Positions 49,331 through 58,442 of a stretch of 64,000 nt of DNA are shown here, in pieces. The position numbers were made by a program, and so were the translations under genes. Positions within the stretch are counted from its first letter, which is position 1. Each line of letters opens with the position of its first letter. The DNA lies in the IMG/VR virus record IMGVR_UViG_3300021962_000044, positions 32,001-96,000 of that record. One strand, given 5' to 3'. The stretch comes from a virus. Below the pieces are notes generated by a model. The model did not search any database. It was not told the origin of the DNA and was given only the letters and a program-made list of their open reading frames with translations.

Positions 49331-50922
49331 TGGAACAAGATAATCTATCAGCAAAGCAAAGCCCTGATTGGGCATTGTTTTTACCCGCAGTCAGTAGTTT
49401 TTATATTTCTGGTTTAGGTAAGCAACGTAAGGGTGAACAATATTTTGACCCTGCACGTATCCCTGCAAAATTTAACGGTGATGTAGAGAAACTAAACTTT
49501 CTTAATAGTAAAGAAGGTCTCTATTATTATAAATGGGGACTATACTCTGCTGGTCATGCTAACTTAGATACTACTAAAGACGATGCTAGTGAATCAATCA
49601 TTAGAGAACGTGAAGAAGGTACATTTATGTTGGGTGACTCTGGTGGATTTCAAATTCTTAAAGGACAATGGCCAGCTGATTGGAAAGATCCTAATTGCCC
49701 TAAAGCTATGATAAAGCGTAAAGCAGTATTGAACTGGATGGATACATACATGGACTATGGCATGGTCCTTGATATTCCTTCACAATCATTAACTACCTTT
49801 CATATGAAGGATCCTAAAACAATTGAAAAAGATGTACATGGTAATGATATTCCGGGTAGTGGAGTAAGTCTTCATGGAATTCAATTTATTGCAGATGCAG
49901 TTAAAGCTACTCATATCAATAACGAATACTTCATTAACAATCGTTCGGGCAAATGTAAATTCTTAAACGTATTACAAGGTCGTACACATACACAATCAAA
50001 CGATTGGTATAATGAGATGAAAAAGTATTGCGATCCAAATATCTATCCAGATAATCATTTTAATGGTTGGGCATTTGGTGGTCAAAACAAAATTGATCCA
50101 CACTTAATGCTAACACGTATGATTGATATTATACATGATGGATTGTTAGTAGAAGATAAACATGATTTAATTCATTGTTTGGGTACAAGTATTTTAGAGT
50201 ATGCTGTCTTGTTTACTGAAATTCAAAAAGCTATTCGTAAATATCATAACCCAAAACTTAAGATTACATTTGATTGTGCAAGCCCATTCTATAGTGCGGC
50301 TAAAGGATTAGCATATTTCAATACTAATATTGAGCATGATAAAAAATGGTCATACAGTATGGAAAAGACGGCCGAGAAAAAAGATTATGCCAATGACACT
50401 AGAAAATACAGAGATGCTGTATTAGCTGAAGGTATCCATAATCTATTTACAGATAGTCCAGTAACTGATAAACTAGTGCTTAAGGATATGTGTTATCGTG
50501 GTCATGGTTTTTTAGGTCAACATAACAAAGAAACCAAAACTAGTTGGGATACATTGAGTTATACATTGATTCAAAGTCATAATGTATGGATGCATATGAA
50601 TGCTGTTCAAGAGGCTAATCGTCAATATGAACAAGGTGTTGTACCTAAAATGCTTATTCATAAACTTGAAGGTAGTAAGTTTTTTAGTAAGGTAATTGAT
50701 GAAATCTTTAGTAAAAAAACTAAACAAGAAGCTATTGACCTAATTGATTATTATAGTAGTTATTGGATGCAGTTTCAATCTGGTAGTCAGGGAATTAGTG
50801 GTAAGAAAACTGCTAATGCAATGACTAGCTTTGACAGGTTATTTATTGTAGAAGATAAACCAAAATTTGAAGAAGAAATAGAAGATAGTGATGATGCAAT
50901 GAATGAGGTATTAGGAGAATGA
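49330..50922 (+). CDS. dpdA: DNA-guanine transglycosylase (TGT/DpdA family)
   Basis: MLGDSGGFQI, VLDIP, LNVLQG, GWAFGG, IHCLG, TFDCASP, SHN motifs; clustered with folE/queD/queE. Confidence 0.85.
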   Translation: MEQDNLSAKQSPDWALFLPAVSSFYISGLGKQRKGEQYFDPARIPAKFNGDVEKLNFLNSKEGLYYYKWGLYSAGHANLDTTKDDASESIIREREEGTFMLGDSGGFQILKGQWPADWKDPNCPKAMIKRKAVLNWMDTYMDYGMVLDIPSQSLTTFHMKDPKTIEKDVHGNDIPGSGVSLHGIQFIADAVKATHINNEYFINNRSGKCKFLNVLQGRTHTQSNDWYNEMKKYCDPNIYPDNHFNGWAFGGQNKIDPHLMLTRMIDIIHDGLLVEDKHDLIHCLGTSILEYAVLFTEIQKAIRKYHNPKLKITFDCASPFYSAAKGLAYFNTNIEHDKKWSYSMEKTAEKKDYANDTRKYRDAVLAEGIHNLFTDSPVTDKLVLKDMCYRGHGFLGQHNKETKTSWDTLSYTLIQSHNVWMHMNAVQEANRQYEQGVVPKMLIHKLEGSKFFSKVIDEIFSKKTKQEAIDLIDYYSSYWMQFQSGSQGISGKKTANAMTSFDRLFIVEDKPKFEEEIEDSDDAMNEVLGE

Positions 50923-50923
50923 T

Positions 50924-51136
50924 ATGCCATATAAACAACGTATTAAAACTTTAGAAGAATCACATAGATTAGTTGAGAATCAAATCTTTCAATTAGAGAA
51001 GTCTGGTAGTACTGATATTGAAAAAATTAAAAGTTTAAAAGAACTTAAGGATAAGTATTTTACTGAATTGCGTTCATTGAATAGAGCGCAATGGGATCAT
51101 GACCATGAAAGAGTAGATTTAGATGATGACCGTTAA
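50924..51136 (+). CDS. small coiled-coil protein (DUF465-like)
   Basis: RIKTLEESHRLVENQI..LE..I..LK..K. Confidence 0.5.
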   Translation: MPYKQRIKTLEESHRLVENQIFQLEKSGSTDIEKIKSLKELKDKYFTELRSLNRAQWDHDHERVDLDDDR

Positions 51137-51350
51137 TCCAGCACTTACTATAAAATCAACAATGACTAGTGATACCCAGGACTCTATTATTACCTTTACT
51201 GGTGGTTCAGATGAAATGTTACGTATTGCAAAAGATGGGTTTTATATACGTGGTAAACGGGTAAATCAGGATGACAAAGAAGCAGAATTAGTGTATAATA
51301 CATTTCATCAATGGTTAACATGGGCAACACTTAATAGGGATTACAAATGA
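51123..51350 (+). CDS. hypothetical protein
   Basis: 75-aa overlapping ORF. Confidence 0.5.
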   Translation: MMTVNPALTIKSTMTSDTQDSIITFTGGSDEMLRIAKDGFYIRGKRVNQDDKEAELVYNTFHQWLTWATLNRDYK

Positions 51351-51802
51351 TAGAACAACATGAACAAGCAATGGCAGAGAAACGTTCTCGCATTAAAGAT
51401 AAAGCATTACGTACAATTTTTGTGCGTTTTCAAAAAGAAGGTATTCACAAATACCCAGCGGCAGCAACAGACCCATCACTTGCTACAGGTGATGAGTATG
51501 ATGTTAGCTTTTTAGCTACTCCACATAGACACATCTTTCATTTTGATGTGGCTATTGAAGTATTTCACAACGACCGTGATATTGAGTTTATTCAGTTTAA
51601 AAGATGGTTAGAGAATCAATATTCTCAAGGCATACTAGAATTGGATTACAAAAGTTGTGAAATGATTAGTGATGACCTCTATGAAGTTATTGCAACTCGG
51701 TATCCAGATCGTAGTATCGCTATTCAAGTATCAGAAGATAATGAGAATGGTGCTCATATTGTCTATAACACAACAACAAATTTACATAAACTCGCTATTT
51801 AA
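51347..51802 (+). CDS. dpdL: QueD-paralogous T-fold protein, DpdL-like (candidate CDG decarboxylase)
   Basis: FLATPHRHIFHF (LxxxHRHxF rather than QueD CxxxHG), DRDIEF, SCEMI, VSEDNENGA; near dpdA. Confidence 0.65.
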   Translation: MIEQHEQAMAEKRSRIKDKALRTIFVRFQKEGIHKYPAAATDPSLATGDEYDVSFLATPHRHIFHFDVAIEVFHNDRDIEFIQFKRWLENQYSQGILELDYKSCEMISDDLYEVIATRYPDRSIAIQVSEDNENGAHIVYNTTTNLHKLAI

Positions 51803-51814
51803 AAGGAAATAAAA

Positions 51815-52015
51815 ATGGCAAAACAACAATCTAACCCACGTGTTCAACAAATCTTTGAGGATCTAGAAAACTATCTAGCTTTCTGTCAAGATTTCGGATA
51901 CAAGTTTGATGAATCAACACTATATGATATGCGTAGCTTTGCATATCGTCAATTTAGTAAGGCAGTAACTGGCAAGTGGGCTAAAGATCAATGGCAGGAA
52001 GACGCACGTCCATGA
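51815..52015 (+). CDS. hypothetical protein
   Basis: 66 aa, SD AAGGA. Confidence 0.6.
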   Translation: MAKQQSNPRVQQIFEDLENYLAFCQDFGYKFDESTLYDMRSFAYRQFSKAVTGKWAKDQWQEDARP

Positions 52016-53190
52016 GAAAACTGTTTTACATGGGGCTTGAACCTTATAAAGCACGTTACACTTTGCAATTACAAGAGTGGAATGAACGTGTCTTTAAACG
52101 TAGAGGTATTAACTATGTTATCGTTCCCGGCGAAACATTAAGTAATGATCAAGCTATTGTTACAGGACAAGTATTAGATGCTCATGGTCGTACATACTTT
52201 GGCATGAGTCAATTAATGAATTTAGTTAAAATGATGAAGGCAGGAGAATGTAGTAATGAAGATATTGTCTACTTTGAAGATATGTTTCAACCAGGTATTG
52301 AAAGTTTGCCTTATATACTTAAGCAAGTTCCTGCTAATCTGCGTCCTCGTATATTTGTCCGTTGTCTTGCTCAGTCAATTGATCCGGATGATTTCGTACA
52401 TGTATGGGGTATGAGTGAGTTCATGGGTCACTATGAAAAGATGGTTGATTCATTTGTTGATGGCGTATTAGCTACCAACGAAGAAATGATTATGCATATG
52501 AAGATTGCTGGTTGGAAGGCTCCATTATATAACGTTAGCGGTCTTGCATTTGGTAAGGATGAAGTTCGTAATCGGATTGAAGGTCCGTTAAAACCCTTCA
52601 ATGAACGTAAAATGCGTGTAGCATTTTCAGCAAGATGGGATCAAGAGAAACAACCTGATTTCTATATGGATTTGATTGAAGCATTTTATGCTAGGTCTAA
52701 TACTAAAGTAGAGTTCTGCGTATTCAGTGGTAGCAAGTTAAAAAGTAATAACGAAAGTTACATGGAACGTACCCGAAAACTTCAAAGTCAAGGTAAACTA
52801 GTTATCTATGAAGATTTAGAAAAGAATGCATATTATGAATTACTAAATGACACAAGAGTATTGTTTAACTGTGCATTGCAAGACTGGGTAAGTAATACAG
52901 TTAGTGAAGCAGATACATTGGGTTGTAATGTATTATATCCAGCATATCGTTCATTCCCGGAAACGTTTGCTAATGATAATACACGATTATATATTCCCTG
53001 GAGTATTGATGATGCTATGTCTAAATTGCAAAATTTGTTAGTAGCACCACATAACTATCAAGGTCGTATTAGTAATTACAATGATGGTACTATTGACCGT
53101 ATCTGTGATATTATGGAAGGCAACGGGGAACAATATTTACGTATGAGTAACGACTATCGTAAATACACAAGAGAAACAAAATACTCATAA
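52012..53190 (+). CDS. GT-B glycosyltransferase-like protein; start probably 52012
   Basis: VAFSARWDQEKQP, YYELL..RVLFN..Q..VS.T.SEA..GC..L.P..RSFPE. Confidence 0.7.
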   Translation: MRKLFYMGLEPYKARYTLQLQEWNERVFKRRGINYVIVPGETLSNDQAIVTGQVLDAHGRTYFGMSQLMNLVKMMKAGECSNEDIVYFEDMFQPGIESLPYILKQVPANLRPRIFVRCLAQSIDPDDFVHVWGMSEFMGHYEKMVDSFVDGVLATNEEMIMHMKIAGWKAPLYNVSGLAFGKDEVRNRIEGPLKPFNERKMRVAFSARWDQEKQPDFYMDLIEAFYARSNTKVEFCVFSGSKLKSNNESYMERTRKLQSQGKLVIYEDLEKNAYYELLNDTRVLFNCALQDWVSNTVSEADTLGCNVLYPAYRSFPETFANDNTRLYIPWSIDDAMSKLQNLLVAPHNYQGRISNYNDGTIDRICDIMEGNGEQYLRMSNDYRKYTRETKYS

Positions 53191-53207
53191 CATTTAAAGG
53201 AAACAAA

Positions 53208-53402
53208 ATGAGCGCACAAAATGATATTGAAACAAGCTTGGCAGCATACAATGCCGAGAACGATAAGTTTAACAAAGGCAATGCAGCCGCTGGTACACGT
53301 GCCCGTAAAGCATTAGCAGAGTTAGCTAAAGCAGTTAAGGCTCGCCGTAATGAAATTACAGCAGAAAAAGCCGCACGTGCAGAAGCAAAAGCTAAGGCTT
53401 AA
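53208..53402 (+). CDS. histone H1-like (Hc1-type) small basic protein
   Basis: KFNKGNAAAGTRARKAL.EL.K..K..R.EI. Confidence 0.7.
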   Translation: MSAQNDIETSLAAYNAENDKFNKGNAAAGTRARKALAELAKAVKARRNEITAEKAARAEAKAKA

Positions 53403-53414
53403 TCGAACAACATT

Positions 53415-54077
53415 ATGAGTGAAATTAATGTTTTACCATTATTTTCTACTCCGGTGATGTACGAATATAAAACAGAATATCGTGTTTCACAAAAAGAAAA
53501 AGATATTTTATATTCTTTGGAAGAGCGAACCAATTATGGAAATGCTCTTTCTAAAAATACATATGTTTTAGATTTACCTGGATTAGAAAATTTAAAAAGT
53601 TTTTTGCAATTTAAATTAGATTATTATGCAAAAAATATTGTAGCTGTAGAAGAACAGAAATTCTATATTACAAATTCCTGGACAACAAGGAATCAAATGG
53701 GTGAAAAACATCATTCACATAGACACCCAAATTCTATGCTAAGTGGTGTATTTTATCTGGAAGCTGATGGTAATTCGCCTTTAGAAATTTCACATCGTTC
53801 TAGGATTTTTGAAGATTTTAGATTTTCATTTAAACATACCGAAATGAATATGTTTAATTCTCCGTCTTGGAAGGGGTTAGTTGTTACAGGAAGTTTAATC
53901 ATATTTCCAAGTTGGCTAGTCCATGAAGCACACTCAAACACATCTAATATAGATAGACGAGTATTAGGATTTAATAGTTTTGTTGAGGGTAAGTTTGGTC
54001 CTCAACTAGGATCTGAAGATGCATATTCCGCAGAACTTATACTTACTAACTCAAAGGAAAATTATGGCAACACGTAA
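53415..54077 (+). CDS. 2OG-Fe(II) oxygenase-like protein
   Basis: LFSTP, SW..N, HxH-PNS.LSGVFY, G.LIIFPSWLVH, R.VLGFN. Confidence 0.85.
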   Translation: MSEINVLPLFSTPVMYEYKTEYRVSQKEKDILYSLEERTNYGNALSKNTYVLDLPGLENLKSFLQFKLDYYAKNIVAVEEQKFYITNSWTTRNQMGEKHHSHRHPNSMLSGVFYLEADGNSPLEISHRSRIFEDFRFSFKHTEMNMFNSPSWKGLVVTGSLIIFPSWLVHEAHSNTSNIDRRVLGFNSFVEGKFGPQLGSEDAYSAELILTNSKENYGNT

Positions 54078-54288
54078 ATTAAAGAATATAGATAACGAGC
54101 AATGGCCTAAAATTAATCAAGGAACTCATCTAACAGTAAAAACATTTGAAGATGGGCACACTGAGTTACTATGGGATTGGGACGCACTAGTCAATGAAGT
54201 ACGTGAAGCTTGTGCTAGTGCTAAACTTGCCAATACAAAGCCTGCAGTTAAGGCTAAATCAAAAAAATCAGTTGCTAAAACAAAATGA
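54064..54288 (+). CDS. hypothetical protein; start probably 54064
   Basis: SD AAGGA before MATRKLK; G.HL.V.T..DG.T.L.WD. Confidence 0.55.
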   Translation: MATRKLKNIDNEQWPKINQGTHLTVKTFEDGHTELLWDWDALVNEVREACASAKLANTKPAVKAKSKKSVAKTK

Positions 54289-54369
54289 TAAATACATATG
54301 TTGCATAAAGGCAACAATATAGACCTAGGTCTCGTTGAGCATTAACGATAGATGCTTTGAAAGGAACAT

Positions 54370-55047
54370 ATGTATAAACTTTATCAAATAACCAATACGG
54401 TCAACGGAAAATCGTATATAGGTATCACTAAACTTTCCATAACTGAACGATGGAATGTCCATATCTCTAACTCAATAAAACCCAAATATCCATTACATCA
54501 CGCTATTGCAAAGTATGGATACAATTCTTTTACAATTAATCTTTTAGAAGAAAATCAGGATAGAAAAGTTATCAGTGGACTAGAAGAACCCACTATTCAG
54601 AGACTAAGAACTCATGTAAGTAAACACGGATATAATGTTGCCAAAGGTGGTTATGGTGGTGATTTAGGGCCAGAGGCTACTGCAAAACGAATTGAAACAA
54701 TCAAAAACTATTCACCTGAAAGAAAAGCCAAACATCAAGAAAAATTGCGGTTGCGTAATTTAGGTAAGACGAAAGAAAATGATGCCGGAAGATTATCACA
54801 ATCAGAAAAAATAAAAGGTAATTCTTTTAGAAAAAACATACCACACACCCCTAAATCAAGTTTAAAAATTTCTAGGGCAAATACAGGTAAAATAAGATCC
54901 GAAAGCTCTAGACAGCTATATAGTAAAATTGCTAAAATAAGAGGAACAGGACCTCAATTGCAAGGCAAAAAAGTAAGTTGTATTTGCTGCCAAAGAGATT
55001 GGGATTTAGGTAATTTCACACAACATATCAAAAGGAATTTAAAATGA
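54370..55047 (+). CDS. free-standing GIY-YIG homing endonuclease
   Basis: YKLYQITNTVNGKSYIGIT..RW..H..E..I..GYN..GG.GG; basic NUMOD3-like repeats. Confidence 0.88.
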   Translation: MYKLYQITNTVNGKSYIGITKLSITERWNVHISNSIKPKYPLHHAIAKYGYNSFTINLLEENQDRKVISGLEEPTIQRLRTHVSKHGYNVAKGGYGGDLGPEATAKRIETIKNYSPERKAKHQEKLRLRNLGKTKENDAGRLSQSEKIKGNSFRKNIPHTPKSSLKISRANTGKIRSESSRQLYSKIAKIRGTGPQLQGKKVSCICCQRDWDLGNFTQHIKRNLK

Positions 55048-55724
55048 GTTTTAATAAAAACAAAGCAGACTCGGAGTTGGGAAAACAAGTACATGAATAT
55101 TTGGTAAAGATGGGTGTAGAAACACCTACAAATCCTAACGGATTGAGCCGTACTGATAAAATTGATATCATTGAAGCAAAATTCACTGATATAATGAATG
55201 CATTGGGATTAGATTTATCTGATGATAGTTTAATTGAAACCCCGAAACGTGTTGCAAAAATGATGGTAGGGGAAATCTTTTGGGGGCTAGACTATGAAGC
55301 ATTCCCAAAATGTACAACAGTTGACAACAAGATGCAATACAACGAAATGGTTGTAGAGCGTAATGTTAATGTTCAATCTAACTGCGAACATCATTTTGTA
55401 GTAATTGATGGATTGGCTACTGTAGCTTATGTCCCTAAACAAAAAGTATTAGGGCTTAGTAAGATCAACCGTATTGTAGAATATTTTAGCAAAAGACCTC
55501 AGATTCAAGAGAGGTTAACAGAGCAAATTTTTCACACCTTACAGTTCATCCTTGATACAGAAGATGTTGCAGTTATGATTGATGCCCAACACTATTGCGT
55601 TAAAAGCAGGGGAGTTGAGGATACAGGATCTAGTACTGTTACTTGTCGTTTAGGTGGAGGATTTAAATCTGATCCAGCGGCACGACAAGAGTTCTTACAG
55701 ATTGCTAACAAAGGTTGCAAATGA
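55044..55724 (+). CDS. folE: GTP cyclohydrolase I
   Basis: [39 protein letters not shown]. Confidence 0.96.
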   Translation: MSFNKNKADSELGKQVHEYLVKMGVETPTNPNGLSRTDKIDIIEAKFTDIMNALGLDLSDDSLIETPKRVAKMMVGEIFWGLDYEAFPKCTTVDNKMQYNEMVVERNVNVQSNCEHHFVVIDGLATVAYVPKQKVLGLSKINRIVEYFSKRPQIQERLTEQIFHTLQFILDTEDVAVMIDAQHYCVKSRGVEDTGSSTVTCRLGGGFKSDPAARQEFLQIANKGCK

Positions 55725-55912
55725 AGTTTAAATTAGGTGATATGGTTAAAAAAGTATCAGGTTCACAATGGCACGGTAAAGTAGTAGGTACATATTCAAC
55801 TGAGTTAACTCCTGAAGGATATGCAGTTGAAAGTCATACAGAAAAAGGTTCTGTTCAAATATATCCTGCAAAGGCTCTTGAGTTATGGGAGTTGAATAAT
55901 GGGAATGCGTAA
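55721..55912 (+). CDS. dfrB: type II (R67/DfrB-like) dihydrofolate reductase
   Basis: [52 protein letters not shown] aligns without gaps to the R67 core, including VQIY. Confidence 0.88.
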   Translation: MKFKLGDMVKKVSGSQWHGKVVGTYSTELTPEGYAVESHTEKGSVQIYPAKALELWELNNGNA

Positions 55913-56135
55913 ACAAATGGATTACAATAGTGTACATCATCAAATCTATATGTCTGGTGTAGAACTACATAGTAACTACAATGATGGTTACAATCAATTT
56001 GAAATCAAAAAAGATTTACATCGTATTAAATGGCTATTAGATGAGATTATGGCTGATAGTCCTACATTTGCAGGTGAGGATGAATTCTTAAAAGAACATG
56101 AGCAAACTAAGATGTGGAGAACTCTTTCAAAATGA
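55899..56135 (+). CDS. hypothetical protein
   Basis: 78-aa overlapping ORF. Confidence 0.55.
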   Translation: MGMRKQMDYNSVHHQIYMSGVELHSNYNDGYNQFEIKKDLHRIKWLLDEIMADSPTFAGEDEFLKEHEQTKMWRTLSK

Positions 56136-56605
56136 TTTTTAATCACATTAAGAAACTTAAACAAGACGGTAAGAAAATTGGTATTACCTTCAGTACATTT
56201 GACCTACTTCACGCAGGTCATATTGCTATGTTAAGTGAAGCAAAGAATCATTGTGATTACTTAATTTGTGGACTACAAACTGACCCGACTATTGATCGTC
56301 CTGATACTAAGAATAAACCTATTCAAAGTATCGTAGAACGACAGATTCAACTTGCGGCTTGCCGTTATGTAGATGAAGTAGTTGTATATCAAACTGAACA
56401 GGACCTTATAGACTTATTACTTATTCTACCATTAGATGTTCGCATTTTGGGTGTTGAATATGCTGAGAAAGAGTTTACTGGAAGATATGAAGGCGGAGAG
56501 CGTGGCATTGAACTTGTGTTTAATGGTCGTGACCACAGTTTCAGTAGTTCAAGTTTACGTAAACGGGTAGCTGATGCCCAAATTATTAATACTCTTAATA
56601 AATAA
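56132..56605 (+). CDS. cytidylyltransferase (TagD/RfaE-like); start probably 56132
   Basis: FSTFDLLHAGH, CDYLICGL, KP..S..ER, RYVDEV, SSS.LR. Confidence 0.88.
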   Translation: MIFNHIKKLKQDGKKIGITFSTFDLLHAGHIAMLSEAKNHCDYLICGLQTDPTIDRPDTKNKPIQSIVERQIQLAACRYVDEVVVYQTEQDLIDLLLILPLDVRILGVEYAEKEFTGRYEGGERGIELVFNGRDHSFSSSSLRKRVADAQIINTLNK

Positions 56606-56681
56606 GATAACCGGTCTCTTTGGGCTCATCCCGGTATACAAATTCTGCGTCCTATGCTATAATATAACATAGGAGAACACA

Positions 56682-57164
56682 ATGGCAAACAAAAAATTCT
56701 TTTCAACAAAAACATACAGACAAATAGGTCCTGTAGCATATCGTCAATGGCGTGCTGACAGTCATTGTAACTTAATTCATGGATATGCTATGAGTTTTCA
56801 CTTTGAGTTTGAAGCTGATACATTAGATGCCCGTAACTGGGTAACTGACTTTGGTGGATTACGCCCACTTAAAGATAAACTAGAAGAATGGTTTGACCAT
56901 ACTCTACTAGTCGCACAAGATGACCCAATGCGTGAACATCTATTAGAACTAGGTAGATTGAAACTAGCAAAGATTACAGAAGTAGAACGTACTGGTTGTG
57001 AAGGTATTTCAGACTTTTTATACGAATATGTTAATACAATCTTTTTACCTAACTGCGGTAGTGAAGAAGCTAAACGTGTTTGGTGTTGTAGAGTAGAAGT
57101 ACGTGAGACTGATAGCAATATGGCAGGCCGTAGTGGTCACAGAGAAGATAGAGAGTTTGAGTAA
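56682..57164 (+). CDS. queD: 6-carboxytetrahydropterin synthase
   Basis: SHCNLIHGY, WVTDFG, FDHTLL, GCE, VEVRET. Confidence 0.88.
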   Translation: MANKKFFSTKTYRQIGPVAYRQWRADSHCNLIHGYAMSFHFEFEADTLDARNWVTDFGGLRPLKDKLEEWFDHTLLVAQDDPMREHLLELGRLKLAKITEVERTGCEGISDFLYEYVNTIFLPNCGSEEAKRVWCCRVEVRETDSNMAGRSGHREDREFE

Positions 57165-58012
57165 TGGCACAGTTAAAAATTTCAGAACTATTTTATAGTA
57201 TACAAGGAGAGGGCCGATATATCGGTGTACCAAGTATTTTCCTAAGAACATTTGGTTGTAACTTTACCTGTGCAGGCTTTGGCATGCCTAAAGGTCAAGT
57301 AAGTAAAGAAGTAGAAGATATTGCCGCAAGGGTTCACTATTATGATGATTATAAAAAATTACCGTTGGTTAGTACAGGGTGTGATAGTTATGCTAGTTGG
57401 GATCCTAGGTTTAAGCATCTTAGCCCTATGCGTAGCACCGATGATATTGTTGACAGCATTATGGCTATGCTTCCTCACAGTCGCTGGATGGATGAGCACC
57501 TTGTTATCACTGGTGGAGAGCCTCTACTTGGTTGGCAAAGGTCTTATCCTGAATTACTTTCAAACGAAAAGATGAGAGCATTAAAAGAGATTACTTTTGA
57601 AACTAATGGTACACAAGAACTAAGTCAAGACCTATCAATCTATCTACAGAAGTGGAAGATTAATAGAGAAAAGAATGCATTAACATTTAGTGTTAGTCCT
57701 AAACTAAGTATCAGTGGTGAGAAGTGGGAAGACGCAATTTGTCCTGATATCATTCGTCAATATGAAACTGTAGGCTTTGTGTATTTAAAGTTTGTGATTG
57801 CTACTAAAGAAGATGCATTAGAAGCAGATAAAGCCGTACAAGCGTTTCGGACTGGTGGATTTAGAGGTCCAGTATACTTTATGCCATGCGGTGGTGTAGA
57901 ATCTGTTTATAATTTAAATGCAAAAAATGTTGCTATTGAAGCAATGAATCGTGGTTATCGTTATAGTGATAGATTACAAGTGCCGTTGTTTAAGAATGAA
58001 TGGGGAACATAA
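57164..58012 (+). CDS. queE: 7-carboxy-7-deazaguanine synthase (radical SAM)
   Basis: ISELFYSIQGEG..G.P..FLRTFGCNFTC..(insert)..CDS, VITGGEPL, ETNGT, SVSPKL. Confidence 0.92.
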   Translation: MAQLKISELFYSIQGEGRYIGVPSIFLRTFGCNFTCAGFGMPKGQVSKEVEDIAARVHYYDDYKKLPLVSTGCDSYASWDPRFKHLSPMRSTDDIVDSIMAMLPHSRWMDEHLVITGGEPLLGWQRSYPELLSNEKMRALKEITFETNGTQELSQDLSIYLQKWKINREKNALTFSVSPKLSISGEKWEDAICPDIIRQYETVGFVYLKFVIATKEDALEADKAVQAFRTGGFRGPVYFMPCGGVESVYNLNAKNVAIEAMNRGYRYSDRLQVPLFKNEWGT

Positions 58013-58021
58013 GATAGTTCC

Positions 58022-58255
58022 ATGTTAGATTATCCAATAGATGATGATGTATTTTACAACAATGCATTAATGAGAGGTCTAGGATCAACTCTTAAGTTTG
58101 CATGGTTGCCTAAAAGATGCGTGTTAACAGGTAAGTTAATTTGGTTAAAATATGGTTATAGAATTACAGCAATGTGGACAGGGCCAGGTGAGCCCGTATT
58201 TGAACACAAGTGGCACGATAAGAATGCCCATATTATGTGGTTATTAAAAAGGTAA
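58022..58255 (+). CDS. hypothetical protein
   Basis: KFAWLPKRC..TGK.IWL..GY. Confidence 0.5.
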   Translation: MLDYPIDDDVFYNNALMRGLGSTLKFAWLPKRCVLTGKLIWLKYGYRITAMWTGPGEPVFEHKWHDKNAHIMWLLKR

Positions 58256-58259
58256 ATAT

Positions 58260-58442
58260 ATGTATGAATTAAGATATCTTGTCCGAAGTGGTTGGGACGG
58301 ACCTGAACAAGTGTTACAATATAGAACACAACTTGAAGTTACAGACTATAGCGGAACTACTACAAACGGTAGTTTTACTAAAAAACGTGAATGGACTGAA
58401 TGGCAAGATGTACCTACTATAGATGAAACTAAGAAAAAATGA
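58260..58442 (+). CDS. hypothetical protein
   Basis: LQYR..WTEWQDVP; ATGA overlap with next gene. Confidence 0.55.
   Translation: MYELRYLVRSGWDGPEQVLQYRTQLEVTDYSGTTTNGSFTKKREWTEWQDVPTIDETKKK

Noticed and set aside
54370-55047. Group I intron or intein around the GIY-YIG gene (also considered for the HNH gene and polB)
   Set aside because: folE and polB are uninterrupted, the endonucleases lie between complete genes, and no intron core or intein motifs were recognised.
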